Shown here piece by piece: positions 10,135 to 21,136 of a stretch of 64,000 nucleotides of DNA. Each line of letters starts with the position of its first letter. The stretch's first letter is position 1. A program made the translations under genes and the position numbers. Below the pieces are notes generated by a model, which was not told the DNA's origin, ran no database searches, and saw only the letters and a program-made list of their open reading frames with translations. This DNA comes from Candidatus Latescibacterota bacterium (GTDB lineage Bacteria; Latescibacterota; UBA2968; GCA-2709665). The stretch covers positions 2,784,001 to 2,848,000 of the forward strand of contig OZ241917.1 in NCBI GenBank assembly GCA_965203805.1, written 5' to 3'.

Positions 10135-10593
10135 TTAAAATGGCTCCTGTGCGCGGATGATTTCCATAATCTCTTCGGGCGACGCGGCCACGAGAACCTG
10201 CCTCCGGATCGCCTCGCGGTCGAAAATGCGGGCGGTACGGCTCAGAACGCTCATGTAGGCCGGCATCGACGCTTCGGAAGAAAGAATCAGGAAGATCAGG
10301 TGTACGGGTCGCCCGTCGAGGCTCCGGAAGTCGATGCCGTCCCTGGATATACCCAGACCCACGATGACGCCCTTTATGTCGTCCGACCGGGCGTGCGGTA
10401 TCGCTACGTCCTGGTCCACGCCGCTGGTTTTGATGGCCTCCTGTTCAAGGATCAGGCCAAGCAGGGCGTCGGGATCGGGCAGGTCCACCGATCGGCCGAT
10501 CATTTCGATCAACTCGCGGATGGCGCCGTTCCGATCGGGATTGGTCAGATTGAGTTCGATACGGTCGCTGGCCAATGCGTCGCAGAGTCTCAT
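10135..10593 (-). CDS. PTS EIIA (fructose/Ntr-type) domain protein
   Basis: VAIPHAR phospho-His motif, GIDFRSLDGRPVHLIFL; ATG at 10593. Confidence 0.9.
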   Translation of the reverse strand: MRLCDALASDRIELNLTNPDRNGAIRELIEMIGRSVDLPDPDALLGLILEQEAIKTSGVDQDVAIPHARSDDIKGVIVGLGISRDGIDFRSLDGRPVHLIFLILSSEASMPAYMSVLSRTARIFDREAIRRQVLVAASPEEIMEIIRAQEPF

Positions 10594-10609
10594 GGCGCTG
10601 ATTTCCGGT

Positions 10610-11845
10610 TTACTGGAGCTCCAGGGTGGTTGTGCGACGATGCGGATCGAAGGCGACGAAGGTGGCGCCGTTTTCCTCGTAGAAGGTCTGACTTGCGAAG
10701 GCGGTCCTGGTCTGTGCACGGGCGAGCGGCGCACCGTCCACCGCTACGGACCTGATCCCCGTCTCCCTGACGCACAACGTCAATTCCGGCACGCGGACGG
10801 GCAGGTCGAGCGTGACGGTGTTGCCTTCGAACGTGAGTTCGGCCATCTCCCGCATGATGGCGTAGGTTGTAATTTCGCTGCATTTGCGCCACCGGGTGCG
10901 TTCGCCGGCAGGGTCCCGCTCCTTCAGCCGGCGGACAACGGTCTTGAAGGCATTGAAGCCGCGGCGGTCGGCGTCGTGGAGTCCGTAAAAGCCCTGCCAG
11001 TGGCTGATGAGAACGGCCGGGTCGCCCGCATCGATAAGGGCCGGCAATCGTCCGCCCTGAAGGTCGGCGGTAATGTATCGGTCGGGGTTGACTTCTCCGT
11101 ATCCCGTCCAGGACCCGGTCCAGTCTCCCGTGCCGGCGATGATCTCGCCCATGGCCGTGCCCGCGTCGCGGTCGGGATACCACACGGGCGTCGCCACGGC
11201 GCCTTCCGACACGCGTTTGAACAGATAGGGCGTGGGATTGCCGGTGACGCGGCGGCACGCGGCTTCGGCGCATCTGGCGTAGAACTCGAGCGGATTGCCG
11301 AATCCGCCGGGCGACGTGACGCCGTCAGGCGTCAAGCCGACGTTGTGGAGAATCTCGCACGCAAGCGCGATGTAGTCCGTTACCAGTTCTTCCTTGTCGG
11401 TTGGCAGCCGGTCCCATCCCCACTGCTCCCAGAGGTTGGGGTCCACCGGCTTCAACGTCTCCAGGTCCACAACGAACGTGTGTGTCATCATCTCCGGGGT
11501 GATATCGTAATTGGGTACGATGAGCTCCCTGCACATATCCAGCCAGCTCTCCTGCTGTGCTCTGCTGAAAAGAGGCAGCCCATGGTCGATCCGCCCCAGC
11601 GCCGCCGGACAGGGTACGACGCTGAACTTCCCTTTGACGCCTTCTTCGAGGCAGTACTCCGCGAATTCCCGGGTGAAGGACTCCGGGTGAACGACCGGTA
11701 CGTCTTCCCAGCGGCGGCGCTGGCCGTCGATTGGGTTTCTGTCGCGCATGAAGAAGTAGTTGAGGTTCACCAGCAGGGTGGAGTCGTCGAAGATGATGGA
11801 GAGGGGCGCGCGGTCCAGCGCATGGCGGGTGATTTCGACGCGCAT
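10610..11845 (-). CDS. Hypothetical protein, possible polysaccharide-deacetylase-like fold
   Basis: 411 aa; IIFDD, GVKGKFSVVP, EMMTH, GVTSPGGFG motifs; codon usage matches backbone. Confidence 0.6.
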   Translation of the reverse strand: MRVEITRHALDRAPLSIIFDDSTLLVNLNYFFMRDRNPIDGQRRRWEDVPVVHPESFTREFAEYCLEEGVKGKFSVVPCPAALGRIDHGLPLFSRAQQESWLDMCRELIVPNYDITPEMMTHTFVVDLETLKPVDPNLWEQWGWDRLPTDKEELVTDYIALACEILHNVGLTPDGVTSPGGFGNPLEFYARCAEAACRRVTGNPTPYLFKRVSEGAVATPVWYPDRDAGTAMGEIIAGTGDWTGSWTGYGEVNPDRYITADLQGGRLPALIDAGDPAVLISHWQGFYGLHDADRRGFNAFKTVVRRLKERDPAGERTRWRKCSEITTYAIMREMAELTFEGNTVTLDLPVRVPELTLCVRETGIRSVAVDGAPLARAQTRTAFASQTFYEENGATFVAFDPHRRTTTLELQ

Positions 11846-11915
11846 CAGGGCCTCCGTCGGGGTTCCGGGTCGGCGAGATACGCCGTTCTCGGGCTATCGT
11901 GACCCGATTGAAATT

Positions 11916-13031
11916 TCAGTTCCGCAGCGCGGCTTCGAGGACCTGTTTGAGGCGGCGGGCGACGAGGACGTCCTCGCCGGATTCCATCATGTAAGGCATG
12001 ACTTCCACGCCGCTCCCGGTGTGGAAGAGTTCGATGCGCGGGTCGCCGTCCGAGAGTTGCCGCCTGGCCTCTTCCGGCAGGATTCGGACGGCTTCCGGAT
12101 TCCAGTTGACGGCAAGCACCGGGGCGACGTTGGACCGGCCGGGCTGATGGACTTCCGTCGTCAGGGTCGGGATATGCGCGACCTCATTCGCGATGGTTTC
12201 AAGGCGGCGCTCCCATTCCCGCCACTCCGCGACATGGTCTCGCCTGACCCATTGTTCCACCGCGGCGAGGAGTCCCATCACTTCCTCCTTGCCCGCTTTC
12301 ATCGGACGGGCGAGCGAATGGTGCGGGGCGCCGTTCATAAAGGCGGCGTGGAGGATGTCTTTTCGTCCCAGAACCAGACCGGACGCCTGGGGACCGCGAA
12401 GGCACTTCCCGCCGCTGTACGCGACCACGTCAACACCTTCCGACAGATAGGGGTTGGGCACGTCCGGACGTTCCGCGGCCGCGTCGACGAACGTCGGCAC
12501 GTCGTGCCTCCGCGCAATGGAGACCATCTCGGGCACGGAAATGGAGCCCCGGTCTGCCGCGTCGCCGAAAATGGCGATCATGGCGGTGGATTCGTCGATG
12601 GCCGCGTCCATCTGGCGAGGGGTTTCGACCTCTACGATGTGTACGCCGACCATCCGAATCGCGTGGTCATAGATATGACGGTGGGAGGGCTGCGTGATGA
12701 CCCGGTTTTTCATGCCGGAGGTATCGGGCAGGCGTTTCATGCGGTCAGGATCCATGCCCGCCACGCAGGCGGCGGTGACCTGGCACAGCGCGGCGGCGCA
12801 GCCGCTGGTAACCATGCCCCATTCGCATGACATCAATTCAGCGATCCGGGCGCCCACCTTTTCCATCAGTTCGTCCAGATGCACGTACGCTTTAGAGGCG
12901 TCCTGTACGGCCTGGCGGACTTCCGGCAGCATCAGGGAACCCGAGATGATGGTGTAGGTTCCCATACAATTGATCAGGGGACGAACCCCGAGCGACTCGT
13001 ACGAGACGCAGGGTTGAGGCGGCGTGGACAT
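11916..13031 (-). CDS. SelA-like PLP-dependent enzyme (DgaE / amino-sugar-acid ammonia-lyase-like)
   Basis: GVRPLINCMGTYT, VTSGCAAAL, VDAAAE, YSGGKCLRGPQASG (PLP lysine), RPMKAGKEE. Confidence 0.85.
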   Translation of the reverse strand: MSTPPQPCVSYESLGVRPLINCMGTYTIISGSLMLPEVRQAVQDASKAYVHLDELMEKVGARIAELMSCEWGMVTSGCAAALCQVTAACVAGMDPDRMKRLPDTSGMKNRVITQPSHRHIYDHAIRMVGVHIVEVETPRQMDAAIDESTAMIAIFGDAADRGSISVPEMVSIARRHDVPTFVDAAAERPDVPNPYLSEGVDVVAYSGGKCLRGPQASGLVLGRKDILHAAFMNGAPHHSLARPMKAGKEEVMGLLAAVEQWVRRDHVAEWREWERRLETIANEVAHIPTLTTEVHQPGRSNVAPVLAVNWNPEAVRILPEEARRQLSDGDPRIELFHTGSGVEVMPYMMESGEDVLVARRLKQVLEAALRN

Positions 13032-13344
13032 GGACGGAATCCCGCTGGAGAAAGATGAGGAAATCGAGGCTTGTTCGTTCCGGCTGGCGCGACCCCGGTC
13101 CCGTGGCGCCGCTACCATCACGTATCGGTTTACGCTGGCGAGAGTAGACAGGTCCGATGCCAACGGACGCCGGCAAGGATCGAAACGGTCGTTTTGGGCG
13201 CCGGTATCAAGAGTCTACAACATACCCGTTGGGATTGCAAGCCTGATATTTCCCTCGGTTTTCGGGGCCGCCGGGATGCCCTGACGATGGAACACCGCGA
13301 ATGGGTAGACGATGCCGGCGCCGAACGTTCGCGACCCGGTCGAA

Positions 13345-16300
13345 CTATTCCAGACGCAAAGTGGATCCGCCCGGCAGGAGGGTCCGGGGGTTGATGGTAA
13401 AGGACAGCATACCGGCTGTTTTCTTCGTCTCCAGAGGGGTCCGTGTGTCGTCTTCGTGTTCGATGAAGGCGCGGCGGTGCGGTGTCCGGAGGGAGAACCG
13501 GGCCGGGGTTGTGGTTTGTACGAGGAAGGCGTCAGACGAAATCTGTTCGATCCGGAAGCGCGAGGGGATTTGCCAGGCCGCGCCCGCATTGAAGGGAAAC
13601 TCGTCCACATCGATCCGGCTGGTGGCCGCGGAACGGATCCGATAACCCGTCCAGCAGCCCTGACCGGGATCCCGAACCCGGATGAAATGGTCCGTGAGGG
13701 CATCGGGATACGGTAGCGTTTCGCCGATCCTGAACCCGGCTTCGTCGCAATCCGAGATTTTCCCCTCGATCGAAGCTGCATCCAGGACAACGGCCAGGTC
13801 GGGGGAAGCAAAACGGGTAGCTTCCGCCAGAAAGAGCGACAGACCGGTCTCGTCGCACCGGGTGTAAACGGCGGCGCGGCCGGCAAAGGCGACGTTTCCA
13901 TAGGTGCGTTCGGTCTGATCCGTTGTCTGGATGACCGTGTCGACTCCTTTCCGGCGGCAGACGCGAATCGCCACCGGTCCGCCGGCGTCGTCGGTAAGAC
14001 TGAGAGGTTGAACCTCGCGGATATCGGGGTCGCTCCGGAAGTGGTCGATGACGGAGACAAACGTATTTCCGTTCCCGGATTCGGCTTTGCGAGCGAAGAG
14101 ATAGTCGTTCCGGGCGCCGATTTCCGAATGGTCCCGCTGGCCGGGGCCTTCGCCCACGATGACTTCGTCCACGGGCGACACCATCCGCGCGCGCATGGTC
14201 ATGCCGCTGTCGGTCCAGGACGCGGTCCACGGGCCTGCGGGTCTGCCGACGCGGAGTTTCTCGATGTCTCTTCCGATGATTCCGGGACGGTCCGCCAGCG
14301 GAATCGGACGATGATCCGCCGGCGGCGCGCTGATGCGGCCCTCTCCGTGGATGGCGTAGTCGTGGACCGCGCCGCCCTTGACTCGAAACACGTCGACGAG
14401 ATAGGCAGGTCCGGTCCCCCTGTGGACCATGGCGCAGAAGCGGCGGTACGTTTCGGCCTGTTCGTAGGCGCCGCAGTCGGCTTCGATCACCTTCGTCGCC
14501 GGCGATGCGGCCAGGAGCTGGAGATTGCCGGGAGGCCGCCGGCCCCGTAAAAGCTGCTCCTGCTCGTCGACGACCACCAGGTTGTGTTTGAGCGTGCTTC
14601 GGATACTTGCGTTCAGAGGATGGTCTCCAATGTATCCGAGATCGGAAAGGACTTCCACCCCCTCCACGTTCATGGCAATGTTGAGGGCGTCCGGGTGGTC
14701 GTGGCCTTCCGGCTGGTAGAAGCTCATCAGCAGGGTGGCCGTTCCGGTGAGGTCGGGCTGGAACATGCCGTCGTAGCCGGTGTTGAAAATCGCCAGAAGC
14801 CAGCCCGGGAAGAACCGGTCGCGTACCGGCGGCGGAGGGGCGGGCCGGAGTTCCGCGGGCCGGTTGAAGAGGGCGTACGCGTCCCCCGTGTCCATGCGCA
14901 CGAATGGCGCGAAATCGTCGCCCAGACGCACGAGACCCACGTTGTGAATCCACGCCGGATACGGCCAGTCTGTCGGCCCTTCCCGGGCGTCGGCCGTGTG
15001 CGGCAGGCGTCCGTCGGGCAAGGTCATCAATGTCCGTGCCCGGAGTACGGTGTGGTAGGGGCCGCCGGCAGCATAGAGATTGAGGTCGTCATAACGGTCC
15101 TTTCCTTTGTAGGACGGCGGATCCGAATACCCGTGGGCCGCCTCGGGCAGGTTTCGCACGTTGGCCACGGCGTAGAGATAATAGCTGGAGCCCTCGGCCG
15201 TGCTGCCGTCGAATTTGAAGAACCCGTTCAGATATGGCCCAAAGCCCTCAACGCCCCGATGCACGTAGTCCGGAACGCCCAGGAAACGCCCGAGAACGAC
15301 TTCGCCTTCGCGGCAACCCGCGACCTTGTTGTTGATGCCCTCCCAGTGCGTAAAGGTGAAGAGGCCCTCCACGAGCAGATCTTTGACGATGCGCTCGCGC
15401 TCCTGTTCCGTGAGGAAGAGGGCTCCCCGGCCATCCCTTTCGTCCCAGAGCAGGTCCAGGGCTTCGGCCAGCATCGAGATGTAATGGGCTTCGGACTGCA
15501 CGCCGCCGCCGGACAGGCGCCCGCAACCCCAGAACGTCTGAATGAGGCTGCCGCTCTTCATTGGCGAACGCGCGTTCTGGTCGGGACACGGGTTGACTTC
15601 GTACCGGGCGATATCCCTGTCCTGCGCCATGAGCTCGCATGCGTACAGGGGATCGCAGTCCATGTAGGTGTTCCAGTAGTCGCGGAACAGGTAGGTGGGG
15701 TACACGGCGGCAAAGCGTTTCAGGATGGCTGCCGACGCGCGGGCAAAGCGGTCCTCGCCTTCCATCCGATAAAGGATGGCCAGGTTGCGCGCCACCGCCG
15801 GCATGCGGTGGACCTTCTGCTGCCGGACGGCGCCGCTGTACGATGAGTGGATCCGGCGCCCCGCCCAGGTGAAGGCGTTCCGGCCGGACGTGAACTCCGG
15901 GTCGTCTTTCTCTTCAGGCCGGACGTAATACGTGAGGGTCTGGCCGGAGCGCGGCAGGTCGAGGCGCCCCTCTTCCGGAAACGCCTCGTCGGTCATGGTG
16001 GCGCCGCAATGGAAACAGACCAGTCTGTCCGGTTCGCGATCGTTCCATCGCATGTTGTAGGTGTTGTCCGCGCCGCAGACGGGGCAGAAGGTCCCGTAGA
16101 TTTGCGCGGGGCTTCGTTCCGGGACCATACCGGCAATCCACGCATCGGATCGGTCTGCATAGTGATCCCCCAGTTCGAGCATGCCTTCGTAGTGCGTCTT
16201 CGCCCAGTCGTGGCGGCGGATATTGGCGCGGGCAATACTGACGTTGTCGTCCCTTACGCTGAGGCAGGGGTGGTCGACGTCTCCGGCGCTTCGACTGTAC

Positions 16301-16365
16301 ATTGCCTTCCGTTCTTCAAGTCGACGTCTGCATTCTCTCTCTTCAGGACTGTTCCAGGCGGGCAT
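13345..16365 (-). CDS. Heparinase II/III-like polysaccharide lyase family protein
   Basis: Helical N-terminal half with DGSTAEGSSYY; GHDHPDALN, DLGY and HNLVVVDE motifs of heparinase II/III C-terminal domains; RBS GAGGAAGGAG before ATG 16365; no signal peptide. Confidence 0.8.
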   Translation of the reverse strand: MPAWNSPEERECRRRLEERKAMYSRSAGDVDHPCLSVRDDNVSIARANIRRHDWAKTHYEGMLELGDHYADRSDAWIAGMVPERSPAQIYGTFCPVCGADNTYNMRWNDREPDRLVCFHCGATMTDEAFPEEGRLDLPRSGQTLTYYVRPEEKDDPEFTSGRNAFTWAGRRIHSSYSGAVRQQKVHRMPAVARNLAILYRMEGEDRFARASAAILKRFAAVYPTYLFRDYWNTYMDCDPLYACELMAQDRDIARYEVNPCPDQNARSPMKSGSLIQTFWGCGRLSGGGVQSEAHYISMLAEALDLLWDERDGRGALFLTEQERERIVKDLLVEGLFTFTHWEGINNKVAGCREGEVVLGRFLGVPDYVHRGVEGFGPYLNGFFKFDGSTAEGSSYYLYAVANVRNLPEAAHGYSDPPSYKGKDRYDDLNLYAAGGPYHTVLRARTLMTLPDGRLPHTADAREGPTDWPYPAWIHNVGLVRLGDDFAPFVRMDTGDAYALFNRPAELRPAPPPPVRDRFFPGWLLAIFNTGYDGMFQPDLTGTATLLMSFYQPEGHDHPDALNIAMNVEGVEVLSDLGYIGDHPLNASIRSTLKHNLVVVDEQEQLLRGRRPPGNLQLLAASPATKVIEADCGAYEQAETYRRFCAMVHRGTGPAYLVDVFRVKGGAVHDYAIHGEGRISAPPADHRPIPLADRPGIIGRDIEKLRVGRPAGPWTASWTDSGMTMRARMVSPVDEVIVGEGPGQRDHSEIGARNDYLFARKAESGNGNTFVSVIDHFRSDPDIREVQPLSLTDDAGGPVAIRVCRRKGVDTVIQTTDQTERTYGNVAFAGRAAVYTRCDETGLSLFLAEATRFASPDLAVVLDAASIEGKISDCDEAGFRIGETLPYPDALTDHFIRVRDPGQGCWTGYRIRSAATSRIDVDEFPFNAGAAWQIPSRFRIEQISSDAFLVQTTTPARFSLRTPHRRAFIEHEDDTRTPLETKKTAGMLSFTINPRTLLPGGSTLRLE

Positions 16366-16712
16366 GCGGTCTCCTTCCTCAAGAGAACGACCGTACTCGA
16401 ACCACGACACGATCGAAACGGTTCGCCGGTCCGTCCGGAAACGCCTGACGAAACACCGTCGAAGCGCCGGCGGAGGTCGAAAAAACCAAGATGGAAAAGG
16501 ACTTCGCGCCTGTCAAGAGGAAAGGAGGATTCGTACGATTTCGGTATTTTTAACGGCGTCCGGCCGGCGACTCCATGCCAGCATCCAAAAATGACTTGTC
16601 ATATCATATTAAATATCAATAACTTGAGTAAATCGTTTCGCGCGTGACCCTCGACGGAACGAGTGTCCCCGCACGCCGGAAAAACTTGTACGGAAAAACC
16701 ATTTAAAAAGGG

Positions 16713-16741
16713 TTGACAATTGAACAAAAAAGAATTATTAT
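16713..16741 (+). promoter_or_regulatory. Sigma70-type promoter for cspA
   Basis: TTGACA (16713-16718), 17-bp spacer, TATTAT (16736-16741), with an A-rich UP-like region upstream. Confidence 0.8.
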
Positions 16742-16883
16742 GCATCAATTGGCAACATGAAGTAGAAGGATGAAGTTTCTGTCTCCTTTGCAGTCCTGAA
16801 GTGTGTCTGGCAAGGATCAGAAGTTCCGGTCCTTGCCGTTTTTGGTTTCATCGGTTTCTAACGCTGAAAGGTGGTGAAGCACA

Positions 16884-17093
16884 GTGCCAGAAGGTCGCGT
16901 AAAGTGGTTCAATGACGCCAAGGGTTACGGCTTTATCGAAAGGGATGAAGGCGAAGACGTCTTCGTGCATTTTTCGGCTATCCAGGGCGAGGGATTCAAG
17001 TCGTTGACGGAAGGCGAAGTCGTTTCCTTTGAAGTCGTGCAGGGGCCCAAGGGGTACCAGGCCGCGGACGTTGTGAAACTGGGGCAGGTATAA
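16884..17093 (+). CDS. cspA: Cold-shock protein
   Basis: [15 protein letters not shown] (RNP1), DVFVHFSAI (RNP2), GPKG. Confidence 0.97.
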   Translation: MPEGRVKWFNDAKGYGFIERDEGEDVFVHFSAIQGEGFKSLTEGEVVSFEVVQGPKGYQAADVVKLGQV

Positions 17094-17144
17094 CCGGTAG
17101 GCGCGGTCCGTTTTTTTCATCTGAGTCCTCAATCGATCCATTCG

Positions 17145-17179
17145 AAGGGCGCCGATTCCTGAATCGGCGCCCTTTTTTT
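17145..17179 (+). terminator. Rho-independent terminator
   Basis: AAGGGCGCCGATTC-ct-GAATCGGCGCCCTT hairpin followed by a T-tract. Confidence 0.85.
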
Positions 17180-17383
17180 GCGTACATAGGGCAGCCGGAA
17201 GGCTTTTTGGATTCCGGGACAGGACACGAGAGAGAGCTTGATATTATGCGCAACAATCCTTTAATTTTACAGCGGGTTCCGGGTGTCAGCGGCCACCACG
17301 GTCGACGCCGGAACGGGTTCGGAGTCGGCGGCGCCGGCACTCGATGGCAATTTCCAGCTCGTATGTGAAGAGATTCCTGCGTT

Positions 17384-18751
17384 ATGGATAACCACTATGA
17401 CGTCATCGTCATCGGGAGCGGGCCCGGCGGTGAAGGCGCGGCGATGAAGGCGACCAAGGAGGGAAAGCGGGTCGCCATGGTGGACGATCGGCCCTCGGTG
17501 GGAGGAACGTGCACGCACCAGACCACGATCCCCAGCAAGGCGCTTCGCCACGCGATCCAGCAACTGGTGGACACGGGCCGTTACCGCGATTCCCGGCTTC
17601 AGGACCTGCTGCGCACGGCGGAGGGCGTCATCCGGCAGCAGGTGGACTTGCGCAAGGGATTCTACGCCAGGAATTTCGTCGACGTGCTCCACGGACGCGC
17701 CGCGTTCGAAGACAGTCATCGAATTCAGGTTCGCCTTCAGAACGGGGGCGCAGGACATTACCGCGCGGACGGATTCGTCATTGCCACCGGCGCAAGGCCG
17801 TACCACCCGCCGGACGTGGACTTTTCACATCCGCGCATCCTGGACAGCGACTCGATCCTGGAGCTTAAGGACCATCCCAGGTCGGTGACGATATATGGCG
17901 CGGGCGTGATCGGCTGCGAGTATGCATCCATTTTCAGGGGCCTGCAGATCAAGGTGAATCTGATCAACAGCCTGGATCGGCTGCTGACGTTTCTGGACGA
18001 CGAAATCGTGGACGCGCTCAGCTATCACCTGCGCGAACAGGGTGTGCTGATCAGGCACAACGAGGAGTACGAGCAGGTGGCGGCGGACGACGACGGCGTG
18101 CGCCTGCACCTCAAATCCAATAAGGAAATCCTCAGCGACTGCCTGTTCTGGGCGCAGGGCCGAACGGGGAATTCGGACGGCATGGGTCTGGAGGAGATCG
18201 GTGTTCAGCGGGACATTCGGGGTTCGGTTGTCGTGAACGACTCGTACCAGACCGCCAGGAAACACATCTATGCGGTTGGCGACGTGGTGGGATACCCCAG
18301 TCTCGCCAGCGCGGCATACGACCAGGGGCGGTTCGCGGCCACCCACCTGATTTTCGGGAAATGCGAGGCCCATCTTGTCAAGGATATTCCGACCGGGATC
18401 TATACGCTTCCCGAAATCAGTTCCGTGGGACTTACTGAAAGGGAATTGACGGCGAACAAGATCCCTTACGAGGTCGGACATGCGTCGTTCAGGCATCTTG
18501 CGCGGGCCCAGATCACCGGACGGACCACCGGGATGTTGAAAATCCTGTTTCATCGGGAGACGCTGGCAATTCTGGGCATTCACTGTTTCGGGTCCGAGGC
18601 GTCGGAGATCGTCCACATCGGCCAGGCGATTATGGCGCAGCAAGGCGCGGGCAATACATTGATGTACTTCATCAACACCACGTTCAACTATCCGACAATG
18701 GCCGAAGCATACCGGGTGGCGGCGCTTAACGGGCTGAACAGGGTGCGATGA
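17384..18751 (+). CDS. sthA: Soluble pyridine nucleotide transhydrogenase
   Basis: GSGPGG FAD motif; [16 protein letters not shown] (single Cys); [12 protein letters not shown]; [21 protein letters not shown]-terminus. Confidence 0.95.
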   Translation: MDNHYDVIVIGSGPGGEGAAMKATKEGKRVAMVDDRPSVGGTCTHQTTIPSKALRHAIQQLVDTGRYRDSRLQDLLRTAEGVIRQQVDLRKGFYARNFVDVLHGRAAFEDSHRIQVRLQNGGAGHYRADGFVIATGARPYHPPDVDFSHPRILDSDSILELKDHPRSVTIYGAGVIGCEYASIFRGLQIKVNLINSLDRLLTFLDDEIVDALSYHLREQGVLIRHNEEYEQVAADDDGVRLHLKSNKEILSDCLFWAQGRTGNSDGMGLEEIGVQRDIRGSVVVNDSYQTARKHIYAVGDVVGYPSLASAAYDQGRFAATHLIFGKCEAHLVKDIPTGIYTLPEISSVGLTERELTANKIPYEVGHASFRHLARAQITGRTTGMLKILFHRETLAILGIHCFGSEASEIVHIGQAIMAQQGAGNTLMYFINTTFNYPTMAEAYRVAALNGLNRVR

Positions 18752-19398
18752 ATGCTCTTGACGTCATCTACATGGACAACCACCTGCTGGTGGTCCGGAA
18801 ACCCGCGGGCATGCTCGTGCAGGGAGACCGTACCGGCGACGTGTCGCTTCTGGAATACGGCAAGGCGTACGTGAAGACGGCGTTCAACAAGCCGGGCGAC
18901 GCCTTTCTGGGGCTGGTGCATCGGCTGGACCGGCCGACGTCCGGCGTAATGGTCTTTGCCCGGACCTCCAAGGCGGCTGCCAGGCTGTCCGAACAGTTTC
19001 GTACCCAAAAAATAGGAAAGGTGTACTGGGCGCTGGTGGAGGGGAAGACGCCGGGCGCGGGCCGGATGGCCGACAGGCTGTTGCGCGCCGGACCGTCAAG
19101 CGCCGTGTCCGACAGGGGCCGGGAGGCGGCGCTCGGGTTCCGGCGATTGCGGTTCGAACGCGGGATTTCCTGGGTGGAGGTGCGGCCGGAAACGGGAAGG
19201 CACCACCAGATCCGGGTTCAGTTCGCGCACCGCGGGCATCCTGTTCTCGGCGATTTCCGGTACGGATCGAGGATCCGATTTCCGGCGAAAAGCCTGGCGC
19301 TCCACGCACGGTCGCTCACGCTGTCGCATCCGACCCGGCATGAGGAGATGACGTTCAACGCGGCGCCCGAGGCGTACTGGCCGTCGAGATTCCGGTAG
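18748..19398 (+). CDS. RluA family pseudouridine synthase
   Basis: [13 protein letters not shown] (catalytic Asp), [22 protein letters not shown]. Confidence 0.95.
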   Translation: MNALDVIYMDNHLLVVRKPAGMLVQGDRTGDVSLLEYGKAYVKTAFNKPGDAFLGLVHRLDRPTSGVMVFARTSKAAARLSEQFRTQKIGKVYWALVEGKTPGAGRMADRLLRAGPSSAVSDRGREAALGFRRLRFERGISWVEVRPETGRHHQIRVQFAHRGHPVLGDFRYGSRIRFPAKSLALHARSLTLSHPTRHEEMTFNAAPEAYWPSRFR

Positions 19399-19582
19399 CG
19401 CAAACCCGCTGGACAATAGAAACAAAAGGCGCAGAGGGCACAAATCGTGTAAGGCAGTGTGGAAGCGCCCGCAATCCGGTCGCAGGCGCGGCGGCCAACA
19501 AGCAAGCGACAAGGTCACCCACGTTCAGGACGGAGACCGGGTTTGCACAGGCGTACAACAAACCGTTGAAAGGAGAGAGTTG

Positions 19583-19978
19583 GTGAACCAGAACGAACAG
19601 CAGCCATTGACCGAGATACAGGTTGATCGGACCAACCTGTACCGTGAGGAAAACTACACGGACCTGAAGGTGGCGTCGATTCGGAGACTGGTGCCGGTAA
19701 ATCAGGATGGATCGCCGGACGGGACCCGTCGTCAGAAGTTTATCGGACAGACCCATCTGATGTCTCAGGTCGGTCCGCTCCCGGTGCAATGCGACATCGA
19801 AGCCGCGGACCTGGAAGAAGCGCTCCGGAAGTTCCCGCAGGCCCTTGCGAGGGCCGTCGAGGAGATGATGGAGGATGCCAAGGAAAGGCGGCGACAGGAA
19901 TCCTCCCGGATCGTGGTGCCTGGCGCCGGCGGATTGCCGGGCGGGCAGCCGCCGGGCGGCTCCATAAATCTGACGTAA
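19583..19978 (+). CDS. Conserved hypothetical cytoplasmic protein
   Basis: GTG start after AGGAG; LYREENYTDLKVASIRRLVPV..DG; C-terminal SRIVVPG. Confidence 0.75.
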   Translation: MNQNEQQPLTEIQVDRTNLYREENYTDLKVASIRRLVPVNQDGSPDGTRRQKFIGQTHLMSQVGPLPVQCDIEAADLEEALRKFPQALARAVEEMMEDAKERRRQESSRIVVPGAGGLPGGQPPGGSINLT

Positions 19979-20055
19979 CGCGCCGGCTCGAGCGAATATT
20001 CTGTCCCGGAAGCCGCCGGGCAATGGCGGCGGATATCTCCTGTTTCCGGCTCTGA

Positions 20056-20087
20056 ACGGGGCGCATTGGAGTGCGCCCTGTTTTTTT
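20056..20087 (+). terminator. Rho-independent terminator
   Basis: ACGGGGCGCAT-tgga-GTGCGCCCTGT stem (two G-U pairs) followed by a T-tract; lies between convergent genes. Confidence 0.75.
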
Positions 20088-20958
20088 ACGCCAGCAGGGG
20101 TTTCATGGCCTCTTTGAGTTCGTCCAATTCAATTTCCGTGAGGGGCTTTACGGGTTTGCGGCACGGGCCCACGGGTCTGCCGGACAGATTGGTTGCGGCC
20201 TTTACGGAAGCGTTGTATACGTGGGTCCAGAAAAAACGGTTGGCGGGAAACATGCGACGCCAGAGGTCACGGGCTTCGGCGAGATTCCCCCCGGCGACCA
20301 GATTGTACAGATCTACGGCTTCTTTCGGCATGGCGTTGACCGCCCCCCAAACGCAGCCGGGGCACCCGGCAACCAGGCTGAAGAAGGCGATGGGGTCCCC
20401 GCCGTTGAAGACCCGTGCGCCAACGGCCAGCAGTTCCTGGATGCGCAGAATGTCGGCCATGCTGTCCTTGATGTATTGAATGTTCTGGATTTCCATAAGG
20501 CGTCTGAAGAAGGCAGCCGTGATGTCGATGCCGGTGTGGACGGGGATGTTGTAGACCATGATGGGCGTACTGACGGCTTCGGAGATTTCCGCGTAGTGGT
20601 CGTACACGCCTTCCATGTCGGGGCCTTCAAAGTAGGGAGGGAGTACCAGGAGGCAATCCGCGCCGGCGCCTTCCGCGTGTCTGGCGTATTCGATCGTCTC
20701 CGACGTACTGACGGCGGAGGCCATGGCAACGAAGTCGGCCCTGCCGTCGATGTGGTCGGAAGCCAGTTCGACAAGCCGCCTGCGTTCCTCCGGCCGCAAA
20801 CAGGCGAACTCCCCCGTGCCCCCGTTGACGAGGATGCTGTGGACGCCGGCTTCCAGCATGGCGTCGATATGATTTCTCAGCGCGGTTTCGTCGATCCGTT
20901 CGCCGTCGTCCGTAAAGGGCGTGCAGAGTGCCGCGCAGATGCCTTTGAGCTGTTTCAT
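20086..20958 (-). CDS. Dihydrodipicolinate synthase / N-acetylneuraminate lyase family aldolase
   Basis: ALCTPF, NGGTGEF, LPPYF, YNIP, IKDS (Schiff-base Lys); GGTGE rather than GTTGE suggests a catabolic paralog. Confidence 0.9.
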   Translation of the reverse strand: MKQLKGICAALCTPFTDDGERIDETALRNHIDAMLEAGVHSILVNGGTGEFACLRPEERRRLVELASDHIDGRADFVAMASAVSTSETIEYARHAEGAGADCLLVLPPYFEGPDMEGVYDHYAEISEAVSTPIMVYNIPVHTGIDITAAFFRRLMEIQNIQYIKDSMADILRIQELLAVGARVFNGGDPIAFFSLVAGCPGCVWGAVNAMPKEAVDLYNLVAGGNLAEARDLWRRMFPANRFFWTHVYNASVKAATNLSGRPVGPCRKPVKPLTEIELDELKEAMKPLLA

Positions 20959-21136
20959 TCCGGTCTCCTCACATCGATGAATCGGACGCCCGGGGCGTGG
21001 AAATCGCAGCCGCCGGCGAGGCGACTCCGGTGGCCGGCCCGAAGGGCATTTTGCGAAGTTAAGGTGAATTTCCGTTTTCTCCAAGAACGCTTTCGGGAGG
21101 GTGAATCTCCCAGAGCATCACGGGGTGAGAAGGGCC

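Noticed and set aside
11916-13031. Selenocysteine synthase selA
   Set aside because: Short SelA-like form without the N-terminal tRNA-binding region; no selB/selC/selD nearby
16587-16626. dif-like site (TCATATTAAAT resembles a XerD arm)
   Set aside because: No matching XerC arm at the 6-bp spacing; probably AT-rich promoter DNA
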